The notes under the pieces: model-generated
Seen by the model: the letters and a program-made list of their open reading frames with translations, nothing else
What the model was told of the DNA's origin: nothing
The model's database searches: none
Assembly (NCBI GenBank): GCA_964057225.1
Contig: OZ059897.1
Location: 4,030,001-4,094,000 of the forward strand
Reading direction: 5' to 3'
Length of the DNA stretch: 64,000 nt
DNA from: Auanema rhodensis
Taxonomy: Eukaryota; Animalia; Nematoda
Shown: positions 42,501 through 55,462 of the stretch, in pieces
How positions within the stretch are numbered: position 1 is the first letter of the stretch
Layout of the letters: each line of letters begins with the position of its first letter
Made by a program: the position numbers and the translations under genes

Positions 42501-42826
42501 TGCATTATTTTTCAAACGATCATAACTAATTTTTGTATAGAGCGTTTCTCAATGTAGTATAGTGCATTCGATGCGGATTTTTAAGCTGCGTCGATCTGTG
42601 TTATCAGATTTGAGTTAGCTTGAAAATGCACCGAGATATCAACTGATATATGTTCACACTTATATCCTCGATTTTCACCCTGAAGAATTAATTTTTTCGT
42701 TGAATAACATTGTCCATCGTCTTTGCCTTGAAAAAAGAAATCTAAAAACTCCTACTTTTTGTGAAATTATTTAGAAATTTTTCGGGAAAATTTTTGTCAC
42801 AATGTTTTTGGAAGCAATGTTGAGTG
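39317..42826. repeat. Second run of the central 3-mer higher-order repeat (~3.3 copies)
   Basis: Same three-type cycle. The offset-60 T variant occurs in monomers starting 39317, 40370 and 41423 (1053 spacing). Confidence 0.85.
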
Positions 42827-45800
42827 TACATGGGAACTCAGCATACACTAATGCATTATTTTTCAAACGATCATAACTAATTTTTGTATAGAGCGTTTCT
42901 CAATGTAGTATAGTGCATTCGATGCGGATTTTTAAGCTGCGTCGATCTGTGTTATCAGATTTGAGTTAGCTTAAAAATGCACCGAGATATCAACTGACAT
43001 ATGTTCACACTTATATCCTCGATTTTCACCCTGAAGAAATGATTTTTTCGTTGAAAAACATTGTCCATCGTATTCGTCTTGAAAAAAGGAATCTAAAAAC
43101 ATCTACTTTTTGTGAAATTATTTAGAAATTTTTCGGGAAAATTTTTGTCACAATGTTTTTGGAAGCAATGTTGAGTGTACATGGGAACTCAGCATACACT
43201 AATGCATTATTTTTCAAACGATCATAACTAATTTTTGTATAGAGCGTTTCTCAATGTAGTATAGTGCATTCGATGCGGATTTTTAAGCTGCGTCGATCTG
43301 TGTTATCAGATTTGAGTTAGCTTAAAAATGCACCGAGATATCAACTGATATATGTTCACACTTATATCCTCGATTTTCACCCTGAAGAAATGATTTTTTC
43401 GTTAAAAAACATTGTCCATCGTATTCGTCTTGAAAAAAGGAATCTAAAAACATCTACTTTTTGTGAAATTATTTAGAAATTTTTCGGGAAAATTTTTGTC
43501 AAAATGTTTTTGGAAGCAATGTTGAGTGTACATGGGAACTCAACATACACTAATGCATTATTTTTCAAACGATCATAACTAATTTTTGTATGGAGCGTTT
43601 CTCAATGTAGTATAGTGCATTCGATGCGGATTTTTAAGCTGCGTCGATCTGTGTTATCAGATTTGAGTTAGCTTGAAAATGCACCGAGATATCAACTGAT
43701 ATATGTTCACACTTATATCCTCGATTTTCACCCTGAAGAATTAATTTTTTCGTTGAATAACATTGTCCATCGTCTTTGCCTTGAAAAAAGAAATCTAAAA
43801 ACTCCTACTTTTTGTGAAATTATTTAGAAATTTTTCGGGAAAATTTTTGTCACAATGTTTTTGGAAGCAATGTTGAGTGTACATGGGAACTCAGCATACA
43901 CTAATGCATTATTTTTCAAACGATCATAACTAATTTTTGTATAGAGCGTTTCTCAATGTAGTATAGTGCATTCGATGCGGATTTTTAAGCTGCGTCGATC
44001 TGTGTTATCAGATTTGAGTTAGCTTGAAAATGCACCGAGATATCAACTGATATATGTTCACACTTATATCCTCGATTTTCACCCTGAAGAAATGATTTTT
44101 TCGTTGAAAAACATTGTCCATCGTATTCGTCTTGAAAAAAGGAATCTAAAAACATCTACTTTTTGTGAAATTATTTAGAAATTTTTCGGGAAAATTTTTG
44201 TCACAATGTTTTTGGAAGCAATGTTGAGTGTACATGGGAACTCAGCATACACTAATGCATTATTTTTCAAACGATCATAACTAATTTTTTTATAGAGCGT
44301 TTCTCAATGTAGTATAGTGCATTCGATGCGGATTTTTAAGCTGCGTCGATCTGTGTTATCAGATTTGAGTTAGCTTGAAAATGCACCGAGATATCAACTG
44401 ATATATGTTCACACTTATATCCTCGATTTTCACCCTGAAGAAATGATTTTTTCGTTGAAAAACATTGTCCATCGTATTCGTCTTGAAAAAAGGAATCTAA
44501 AAACATCTACTTTTTGTGAAATTATTTAGAAATTTTTCGGGAAAATTTTTGTCACAATGTTTTTGGAAGCAATGTTGAGTGTACATGGGAACTCAGCATA
44601 CACTAATGCATTATTTTTCAAACGATCATAACTAATTTTTTTATAGAGCGTTTCTCAATGTAGTATAGTGCATTCGATGCGGATTTTTAAGCTGCGTCGA
44701 TCTGTGTTATCAGATTTGAGTTAGCTTGAAAATGCACCGAGATATCAACTGATATATGTTCACACTTATATCCTCGATTTTCACCCTGAAGAATTAATTT
44801 TTTCGTTGAATAACATTGTCCATCGTCTTTGCCTTGAAAAAAGAAATCTAAAAACTCCTACTTTTTGTGAAATTATTTAGAAATTTTTCGGGAAAATTTT
44901 TGTCACAATGTTTTTGGAAGCAATGTTGAGTGTACATGGGAACTCAGCATACACTAATGCATTATTTTTCAAACGATCATAACTAATTCTTGTATTAAGC
45001 GTTTATCAATGTAGTATAGTGCATTCGATGCGGATTTTTAAGCTGCGTCGATCTGTGTTATCAGATTTGAGTTAGCTTGAAAATGCACCGAGATATCAAC
45101 TGATATATGTTCACACTTATATCCTCGATTTTCACCCTGAAGAAATGATTTTTTCGTTGAAAAACATTGTCCATCGTATTCGTCTTGAAAAAAGGAATCT
45201 AAAAACATCTACTTTTTGTGAAATTATTTAGAAATTTTTCGGGAAAATTTTTGTCACAATGTTTTTGGAAGCAATGTTGAGTGTACATGGGAACTCAGCA
45301 TACACTAATGCATTATTTTTCAAACGATCATAACTAATTTTTGTATAGAGCGTTTCTCAATGTAGTATAGTGCATTCGATGCGGATTTTTAAGCTGCGTC
45401 GATCTGTGTTATCAGATTTGAGTTAGCTTGAAAATGCACCGAGATATCAACTGATATATGTTCACACTTATATCCTCGATTTTCACCCTGAAGAATTAAT
45501 TTTTTCGTTGAATAACATTGTCCATCGTCTTTGCCTTGAAAAAAGAAATCTAAAAACTCCTACTTTTTGTGAAATTATTTAGAAATTTTTCGGGAAAATT
45601 TTTGTCACAATGTTTTTGGAAGCAATGTTGAGTGTACATGGGAACTCAGCATACACTAATGCATTATTTTTCAAACGATCATAACTAATTTTTGTATAGA
45701 GCGTTTCTCAATGTAGTATAGTGCATTCGATGCGGATTTTTAAGCTGCGTCGATCTGTGTTATCAGATTTGAGTTAGCTTGAAAATGCACCGAGATATCA

Positions 45801-48800
45801 ACTGATATATGTTCACACTTATATCCTCGATTTTCACCCTGAAGAAATGATTTTTTCGTTGAAAAACATTGTCCATCGTATTCGTCTTGAAAAAAGGAAT
45901 CTAAAAACATCTACTTTTTGTGAAATTATTTAGAAATTTTTCGGGAAAATTTTTGTCACAATGTTTTTGGAAGCAATGTTGAGTGTACATGGGAACTCAG
46001 CATACACTAATGCATTATTTTTCAAACGATCATAACTAATTTTTTTATAGAGCGTTTCTCAATGTAGTATAGTGCATTCGATGCGGATTTTTAAGCTGCG
46101 TCGATCTGTGTTATCAGATTTGAGTTAGCTTGAAAATGCACCGAGATATCAACTGATATATGTTCACACTTATATCCTCGATTTTCACCCTGAACAATTA
46201 ATTTTTTCGTTGAATAACATTGTCCATCGTCTTTGCCTTGAAAAAAGAAATCTAAAAACTCCTACTTTTTGTGAAATTATTTAGAAATTTTTCGGGAAAA
46301 TTTTTGTCACAATGTTTTTGGAAGCAATGTTGAGTGTACATGGGAACTCAGCATACACTAATGCATTATTTTTCAAACGATCATAACTAATTTTTGTATA
46401 GAGCGTTTCTCAATGTAGTATAGTGCATTCGATGCGGATTTTTAAGCTGCGTCGATCTGTGTTATCAGATTTGAGTTAGCTTGAAAATGCACCGAGATAT
46501 CAACTGATATATGTTCACACTTATATCCTCGATTTTCACCCTGAAGAATTAATTTTTTCGTTGAATAACATTGTCCATCGTCTTTGCCTTGAAAAAAGAA
46601 ATCTAAAAACTCCTACTTTTTGTGAAATTATTTAGAAATTTTTCGGGAAAATTTTTGTCACAATGTTTTTGGAAGCAATGTTGAGTGTACATGGGAACTC
46701 AGCATACACTAATGCATTATTTTTCAAACGATCATAACTAATTTTTGTATAGAGCGTTTCTCAATGTAGTATAGTGCATTCGATGCGGATTTTTAAGCTG
46801 CGTCGATCTGTGTTATCAGATTTGAGTTAGCTTGAAAATGCACCGAGATATCAACTGATATATGTTCACACTTATATCCTCGATTTTCACCCTGAAGAAA
46901 TGATTTTTTCGTTGAAAAACATTGTCCATCGTATTCGTCTTGAAAAAAGGAATCTAAAAACATCTACTTTTTGTGAAATTATTTAGAAATTTTTCGGGAA
47001 AATTTTTGTCACAATGTTTTTGGAAGCAATGTTGAGTGTACATGGGAACTAAGCATACACTAATGCATTATTTTTCAAACGATCATAACTAATTTTTGTA
47101 TGGAGCGTTTCTCAATGTAGTATAGTGCATTCGATGCGGAGTTTTAAGCTGCGTTGATCTGTGTTATCAGATTTGCGCTAGCTTAAAAATGCACCGAGTA
47201 ATCAACTGATATAGGTTCACACTTATATCCTCGATTTTCACCCTGAAGAATTAATTTTTTCGTTGAAAAACATTGTCCATCGTATTCGTCTTGAAAAAAG
47301 GAATCTAAAAACATCTACTTTTTGTGAAATTATTTAGAAATTTTTCGGGAAAATTTTTGTCACAATGTTTTTGGAAGCAATGTTGAGTGTACATGGGAAC
47401 TCAGCATACACTAATGCATTATTTTTCAAACGATCATAACTAATTTTTGTATGGAGCGTTTCTCAATGTAGTATAGTGCATTCGATGCGGAGTTTTAAGC
47501 TGCGTTGATCTGTGTTATCAGATTTGCGCTAGCTTAAAAATGCACCGAGTAATCAACTGATATAGGTTCACACTTATATCCTCGATTTTCACCCTGAAGA
47601 ATTAATTTTTTCGTTGAATAACATTGTCCATCGTATTCGTCTTGAAAAAAGGAATCTAAAAACATCTACTTTTTGTGAAATTATTTAGAAATTTTTCGGG
47701 AAAATTTTTGTCACAATGTTTTTGGAAGCAATGTTGAGTGTACATGGGAACTCAGCATACACTAATGCATTATTTTTCAAACGATCATAACTAATTTTTG
47801 TATAGAGCGTTTCTCAATGTAGTATAGTGCATTCGATGCGGATTTTTAAGCTGCGTCGATCTGTGTTATCAGATTTGAGTTAGCTTGAAAATGCACCGAG
47901 ATATCAACTGATATATGTTCACACTTATATCCTCGATTTTCACCCTGAAGAATTAATTTTTTCGTTGAATAACATTGTCCATCGTCTTTGCCTTGAAAAA
48001 AGAAATCTAAAAACTCCTACTTTTTGTGAAATTATTTAGAAATTTTTCGGGAAAATTTTTGTCACAATGTTTTTGGAAGCAATGTTGAGTGTACATGGGA
48101 ACTCAGCATACACTAATGCATTATTTTTCAAACGATCATAACTAATTTTTGTATAGAGCGTTTCTCAATGTAGTATAGTGCATTCGATGCGGATTTTTAA
48201 GCTGCGTCGATCTGTGTTATCAGATTTGAGTTAGCTTGAAAATGCACCGAGATATCAACTGATATATGTTCACACTTATATCCTCGATTTTCACCCTGAA
48301 GAAATGATTTTTTCGTTGAAAAACATTGTCCATCGTATTCGTCTTGAAAAAAGGAATCTAAAAACATCTCCTTTTTGTGAAATTATTTAGAAATTTTTCG
48401 GGAAAATTTTTGTCACAATGTTTTTGGAAGCAATGTTGAGTGTACATGGGAACTCAGCATACACTAATGCATTATTTTTCAAACGATCATAACTAATTTT
48501 TGTATAGAGCGTTTCTCAATGTAGTATAGTGCATTCGATGCGGATTTTTAAGCTGCGTCGATCTGTGTTATCAGATTTGAGTTAGCTTAAAAATGCACCG
48601 AGATATCAACTGACATATGTTCACACTTATATCCTCGATTTTCACCCTGAAGAAATGATTTTTTCGTTGAAAAACATTGTCCATCGTATTCGTCTTGAAA
48701 AAAGGAATCTAAAAACATCTACTTTTTGTGAAATTATTTAGAAATTTTTCGGGAAAATTTTTGTCACAATGTTTTTGGAAGCAATGTTGAGTGTACATGG

Positions 48801-51800
48801 GAACTCAGCATACACTAATGCATTATTTTTCAAACGATCATAACTAATTTTTGTATAGAGCGTTTCTCAATGTAGTATAGTGCATTCGATGCGGATTTTT
48901 AAGCTGCGTCGATCTGTGTTATCAGATTTGAGTTAGCTTAAAAATGCACCGAGATATCAACTGACATATGTTCACACTTATATCCTCGATTTTCACCCTG
49001 AAGAAATGATTTTTTCGTTGAAAAACATTGTCCATCGTATTCGTCTTGAAAAAAGGAATCTAAAAACATCTACTTTTTGTGAAATTATTTAGAAATTTTT
49101 CGGGAAAATTTTTGTCACAATGTTTTTGGAAGCAATGTTGAGTGTACATGGGAACTCAGCATACACTAATGCATTATTTTTCAAACGATCATAACTAATT
49201 TTTGTATAGAGCGTTTCTCAATGTAGTATAGTGCATTCGATGCGGATTTTTAAGCTGCGTCGATCTGTGTTATCAGATTTGAGTTAGCTTAAAAATGCAC
49301 CGAGATATCAACTGATATATGTTCACACTTATATCCTCGATTTTCACCCTGAAGAAATGATTTTTTCGTTAAAAAACATTGTCCATCGTATTCGTCTTGA
49401 AAAAAGGAATCTAAAAACATCTCCTTTTTGTGAAATTATTTAGAAATTTTTCGGGAAAATTTTTGTCAAAATGTTTTTGGAAGCAATGTTGAGTGTACAT
49501 GGGAACTCAACATACACTAATGCATTATTTTTCAAACGATCATAACTAATTTTTGTATGGAGCGTTTCTCAATGTAGTATAGTGCATTCGATGCGGATTT
49601 TTAAGCTGCGTTGATCTGTGTTATCAGATTTGCGCTAGCTTAAAAATGCACCGAGTAATCAACTGATATAGGTTCACACTTATATCCTCGATTTTCACCC
49701 TGAAGAAATGATTTTTTCGTTGAATAACATTGTCCATCGTCTTCGTCTTGAAAAAAGGAATCTAAAAACATCTACTTTTTGTGAAATTATTTAGAAATTT
49801 TTCGGGAAAATTTTTGTCAAAATGTTTTTGGAAGCAATGTTGAGTGTACATGGGAACTCAACATACACTAATGCATTATTTTTCAAACGATCATAACTAA
49901 TTTTTGTATTAAGCGTTTATCAATGTAGTATAGTGCATTCGATGCGGATTTTTAAGCTGCGTCGATCTGTGTTATCAGATTTGAGTTAGCTTAAAAATGC
50001 ACCGAGATATCAACTGATATATGTTCACACTTATATCCTCGATTTTCACCCTGAAGAAATGATTTTTTCGTTAAAAAACATTGTCCATCGTATTCGTCTT
50101 GAAAAAAGGAATCTAAAAACATCTACTTTTTGTGAAATTATTTAGAAATTTTTCGGGAAAATTTTTGTCAAAATGTTTTTGGAAGCAATGTTGAGTGTAC
50201 ATGGGAACTCAACATACACTAATGCATTATTTTTCAAACGATCATAACTAATTTTTGTATAGAGCGTTTCTCATTGTAGTATAGTGCATTCGATGCGGAT
50301 TTTTAAGCTGCGTTGATCTGTGTTATCAGATTTGCGCTAGCTTAAAAATGCACCGAGTAATCAACTGATATAGGTTCACACTTATATCCTCGATTTTCAC
50401 CCTGAAGAATTAATTTTTTCGTTGAATAACATTGTCCATCGTCTTTGCCTTGAAAAAAGAAATCTAAAAACATCTACTTTTTGTGAAATTATTTAGAATT
50501 TTTTCGGGAAAATTTTTGTCACAATGTTTTTGTAAGCAATGTTGAGTGTACATGGGAACTCAGCATACACTAATGCATTATTTTTCAAACGATCATAACT
50601 AATTTTTGTATAGAGCGTTTCTCAATGTAGTATAGTGCATTCGATGCGGATTTTTAAGCTGCGTCGATCTGTGCTATCAGATTTGAGTTAGCGTAAAAAT
50701 GCACCGAGATATCAACTGACATATGTTCACACTTATATCCTCGATTTTCACCCTGAAGAAATGATTTTTTCGTTGAAAAACATTGTCCATCGTATTCGTC
50801 TTGAAAAAAGGAATCTAAAAACATCTACTTTTTGTGAAATTATTTAGAAATTTTTCGGGAAAATTTTTGTCACAATGTTTTTGGAAGCAATGTTGAGTGT
50901 ACATGGGAACTCAGCATACACTAATGCATTATTTTTCAAACGATCATAACTAATTTTTGTATAGAGCGTTTCTCAATGTAGTATAGTGCATTCGATGCGG
51001 ATTTTTAAGCTGCGTCGATCTGTGTTATCAGATTTGAGTTAGCTTAAAAATGCACCGAGATATCAACTGACATATGTTCACACTTATATCCTCGATTTTC
51101 ACCCTGAAGAAATGATTTTTTCGTTGAAAAACATTGTCCATCGTATTCGTCTTGAAAAAAGGAATCTAAAAACATCTACTTTTTGTGAAATTATTTAGAA
51201 ATTTTTCGGGAAAATTTTTGTCACAATGTTTTTGGAAGCAATGTTGAGTGTACATGGGAACTCAGCATACACTAATGCATTATTTTTCAAACGATCATAA
51301 CTAATTTTTGTATAGAGCGTTTCTCAATGTAGTATAGTGCATTCGATGCGGATTTTTAAGCTGCGTCGATCTGTGTTATCAGATTTGAGTTAGCTTAAAA
51401 ATGCACCGAGATATCAACTGATATATGTTCACACTTATATCCTCGATTTTCACCCTGAAGAAATGATTTTTTCGTTAAAAAACATTGTCCATCGTATTCG
51501 TCTTGAAAAAAGGAATCTAAAAACATCTACTTTTTGTGAAATTATTTAGAAATTTTTCGGGAAAATTTTTGTCAAAATGTTTTTGGAAGCAATGTTGAGT
51601 GTACATGGGAACTCAACATACACTAATGCATTATTTTTCAAACGATCATAACTAATTTTTGTATGGAGCGTTTCTCAATGTAGTATAGTGCATTCGATGC
51701 GGATTTTTAAGCTGCGTTGATCTGTGTTATCAGATTTGCGCTAGCTTAAAAATGCACCGAGTAATCAACTGATATAGGTTCACACTTATATCCTCGATTT

Positions 51801-51952
51801 TCACCCTGAAGAAATGATTTTTTCGTTGAATAACATTGTCCATCGTCTTCGTCTTGAAAAAAGGAATCTAAAAACATCTACTTTTTGTGAAATTATTTAG
51901 AAATTTTTCGGGAAAATTTTTGTCAAAATGTTTTTGGAAGCAATGTTGAGTG

Positions 51953-54058
51953 TACATGGGAACTCAACATACACTAATGCATTATTTTTCAAACGATCAT
52001 AACTAATTTTTGTATTAAGCGTTTATCAATGTAGTATAGTGCATTCGATGCGGATTTTTAAGCTGCGTCGATCTGTGTTATCAGATTTGAGTTAGCTTAA
52101 AAATGCACCGAGATATCAACTGATATATGTTCACGCTTATATCCTCGATTTTCACCCTGAAGAAATGATTTTTTCGTTAAAAAACATTGTCCATCGTATT
52201 CGTCTTGAAAAAAGGAATCTAAAAACATCTACTTTTTGTGAAATTATTTAGAAATTTTTCGGGAAAATTTTTGTCAAAATGTTTTTGGAAGCAATGTTGA
52301 GTGTACATGGGAACTCAACATACACTAATGCATTATTTTTCAAACGATCATAACTAATTTTTGTATAGAGCGTTTCTCATTGTAGTATAGTGCATTCGAT
52401 GCGGATTTTTAAGCTGCGTTGATCTGTGTTATCAGATTTGCGCTAGCTTAAAAATGCACCGAGTAATCAACTGATATAGGTTCACACTTATATCCTCGAT
52501 TTTCACCCTGAAGAATTAATTTTTTCGTTGAATAACATTGTCCATCGTCTTTGCCTTGAAAAAAGAAATCTAAAAACATCTACTTTTTGTGAAATTATTT
52601 AGAATTTTTTCGGGAAAATTTTTGTCACAATGTTTTTGTAAGCAATGTTGAGTGTACATGGGAACTCAGCATACACTAATGCATTATTTTTCAAACGATC
52701 ATAACTAATTTTCGTATAGAGCGTTTCTCAATGTAGTATAGTGCATTCGATGCGGATTTTTAAGCTGCGTTGATCTGTGTTATCAGATTTGAGTTAGCTT
52801 AAAAATGCACCGAGATATCAACTGATATATGTTCACACTTATATCCTCGATTTTCACCCTGAAGAAATGATTTTTTCGTTAAAAAACATTGTCCATCGTA
52901 TTCGTCTTGAAAAAAGGAATCTAAAGACATCTACTTTTTGTGAAATTATTTAGAAATTTTTCGGGAAAATTTTTGTCAAAATGTTTTTGGAAGCAATGTT
53001 GAGTGTACATGGGAACTCAACATACACTAATGCATTATTTTTCAAACGATCATAACTAATTTTTGTATTAAGCGTTTATCAATGTAGTATAGTGCATTCG
53101 ATGCGGATTTTTAAGCTGCGTCGATCTGTGTTATCAGATTTGAGTTAGCTTAAAAATGCACCGAGATATCAACTGATATATGTTCACGCTTATATCCTCG
53201 ATTTTCACCCTGAAGAAATGATTTTTTCGTTAAAAAACATTGTCCATCGTATTCGTCTTGAAAAAAGGAATCTAAAAACATCTACTTTTTGTGAAATTAT
53301 TTAGAAATTTTTCGGGAAAATTTTTGTCAAAATGTTTTTGGAAGCAATGTTGAGTGTACATGGGAACTCAACATACACTAATGCATTATTTTTCAAACGA
53401 TCATAACTAATTTTTGTATAGAGCGTTTCTCATTGTAGTATAGTGCATTCGATGCGGATTTTTAAGCTGCGTTGATCTGTGTTATCAGATTTGCGCTAGC
53501 TTAAAAATGCACCGAGTAATCAACTGATATAGGTTCACACTTATATCCTCGATTTTCACCCTGAAGAATTAATTTTTTCGTTGAATAACATTGTCCATCG
53601 TCTTTGCCTTGAAAAAAGAAATCTAAAAACATCTACTTTTTGTGAAATTATTTAGAATTTTTTCGGGAAAATTTTTGTCACAATGTTTTTGTAAGCAATG
53701 TTGAGTGTACATGGGAACTCAGCATACACTAATGCATTATTTTTCAAACGATCATAACTAATTTTCGTATAGAGCGTTTCTCAATGTAGTATAGTGCATT
53801 CGATGCGGATTTTTAAGCTGCGTTGATCTGTGTTATCAGATTTGAGTTAGCTTAAAAATGCACCGAGATATCAACTGATATATGTTCACACTTATATCCT
53901 CGATTTTCACCCTGAAGAAATGATTTTTTCGTTAAAAAACATTGTCCATCGTATTCGTCTTGAAAAAAGGAATCTAAAGACATCTACTTTTTGTGAAATT
54001 ATTTAGAAATTTTTCGGGAAAATTTTTGTCAAAATGTTTTTGGAAGCAATGTTGAGTG
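51953..54058. repeat. Tandem duplication of a 3-monomer (1053-bp) unit
   Basis: Private CTAAAGACAT at 52926/53979. TTTTCGTAT and TGTAAGC also recur at +1053. Confidence 0.9.
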
Positions 54059-55462
54059 TACATGGGAACTCAACATACACTAATGCATTATTTTTCAAAC
54101 GATCATAACTAATTTTTGTATGGAGCGTTTCTCAATGTAGTATAGTGCATTCGATGCGGATTTTTAAGCTGCGTTGATCTGTGTTATCAGATTTGCGCTA
54201 GCTTAAAAATGCACCGAGTAATCAACTGATATAGGTTCACACTTATATCCTCGATTTTCACCCTGAAGAAATGATTTTTTCGTTGAATAACATTGTCCAT
54301 CGTCTTCGTCTTGAAAAAAGGAATCTAAAAACATCTACTTTTTGTGAAATTATTTAGAAATTTTTCGGGAAAATTTTTGTCAAAATGTTTTTGGAAGCAA
54401 TGTTGAGTGTACATGGGAACTCAACATACACTAATGCATTATTTTTCAAACGATCATAACTAATTTTTGTATTAAGCGTTTATCAATGTAGTATAGTGCA
54501 TTCGATGCGGATTTTTAAGCTGCGTCGATCTGTGTTATCAGATTTGAGTTAGCTTAAAAATGCACCGAGATATCAACTGATATATGTTCACGCTTATATC
54601 CTCGATTTTCACCCTGAAGAAATGATTTTTTCGTTAAAAAACATTGTCCATCGTATTCGTCTTGAAAAAAGGAATCTAAAAACATCTACTTTTTGTGAAA
54701 TTATTTAGAAATTTTTCGGGAAAATTTTTGTCAAAATGTTTTTGGAAGCAATGTTGAGTGTACATGGGAACTCAACATACACTAATGCATTATTTTTCAA
54801 ACGATCATAACTAATTTTTGTATAGAGCGTTTCTCATTGTAGTATAGTGCATTCGATGCGGATTTTTAAGCTGCGTTGATCTGTGTTATCAGATTTGCGC
54901 TAGCTTAAAAATGCACCGAGTAATCAACTGATATAGGTTCACACTTATATCCTCGATTTTCACCCTGAAGAATTAATTTTTTCGTTGAATAACATTGTCC
55001 ATCGTCTTTGCCTTGAAAAAAGAAATCTAAAAACATCTACTTTTTGTGAAATTATTTAGAATTTTTTCGGGAAAATTTTTGTCACAATGTTTTTGTAAGC
55101 AATGTTGAGTGTACATGGGAACTCAGCATACACTAATGCATTATTTTTCAAACGATCATAACTAATTTTCGTATAGAGCGTTTCTCAATGTAGTATAGTG
55201 CATTCGATGCGGATTTTTAAGCTGCGTCGATCTGTGTTATCAGATTTGAGTTAGCTTAAAAATGCACCGAGATATCAACTGATATATGTTCACACTTATA
55301 TCCTCGATTTTCACCCTGAAGAAATGATTTTTTCGTTAAAAAACATTGTCCATCGTATTCGTCTTGAAAAAAGGAATCTAAAAACATCTACTTTTTGTGA
55401 AATTATTTAGAAATTTTTCGGGAAAATTTTTGTCAAAATGTTTTTGGAAGCAATGTTGAGTG

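Larger units (their letters stand above)
6674..49495. repeat. Central sub-domain of array (monomers 20-141) with 3-mer/~9-mer higher-order structure
   Basis: Variants seen only here: AAAACTCCT (offsets 275-276; monomers 20-137), GGAGTTTT (offset 103; monomers 21-136), TTTTTTTAT (offset 60; monomers 24-132) and GAGTTAGCTTGAAA. Mostly CTCAGC/GTCACA alleles. Confidence 0.8.

Noticed and set aside
6674-49495. Monomer variant order as an encoded message or programmed cassette system
   Set aside because: The order is adequately explained by tandem duplication, deletion and conversion. There is no recombinase, expression site or other evidence of readout.
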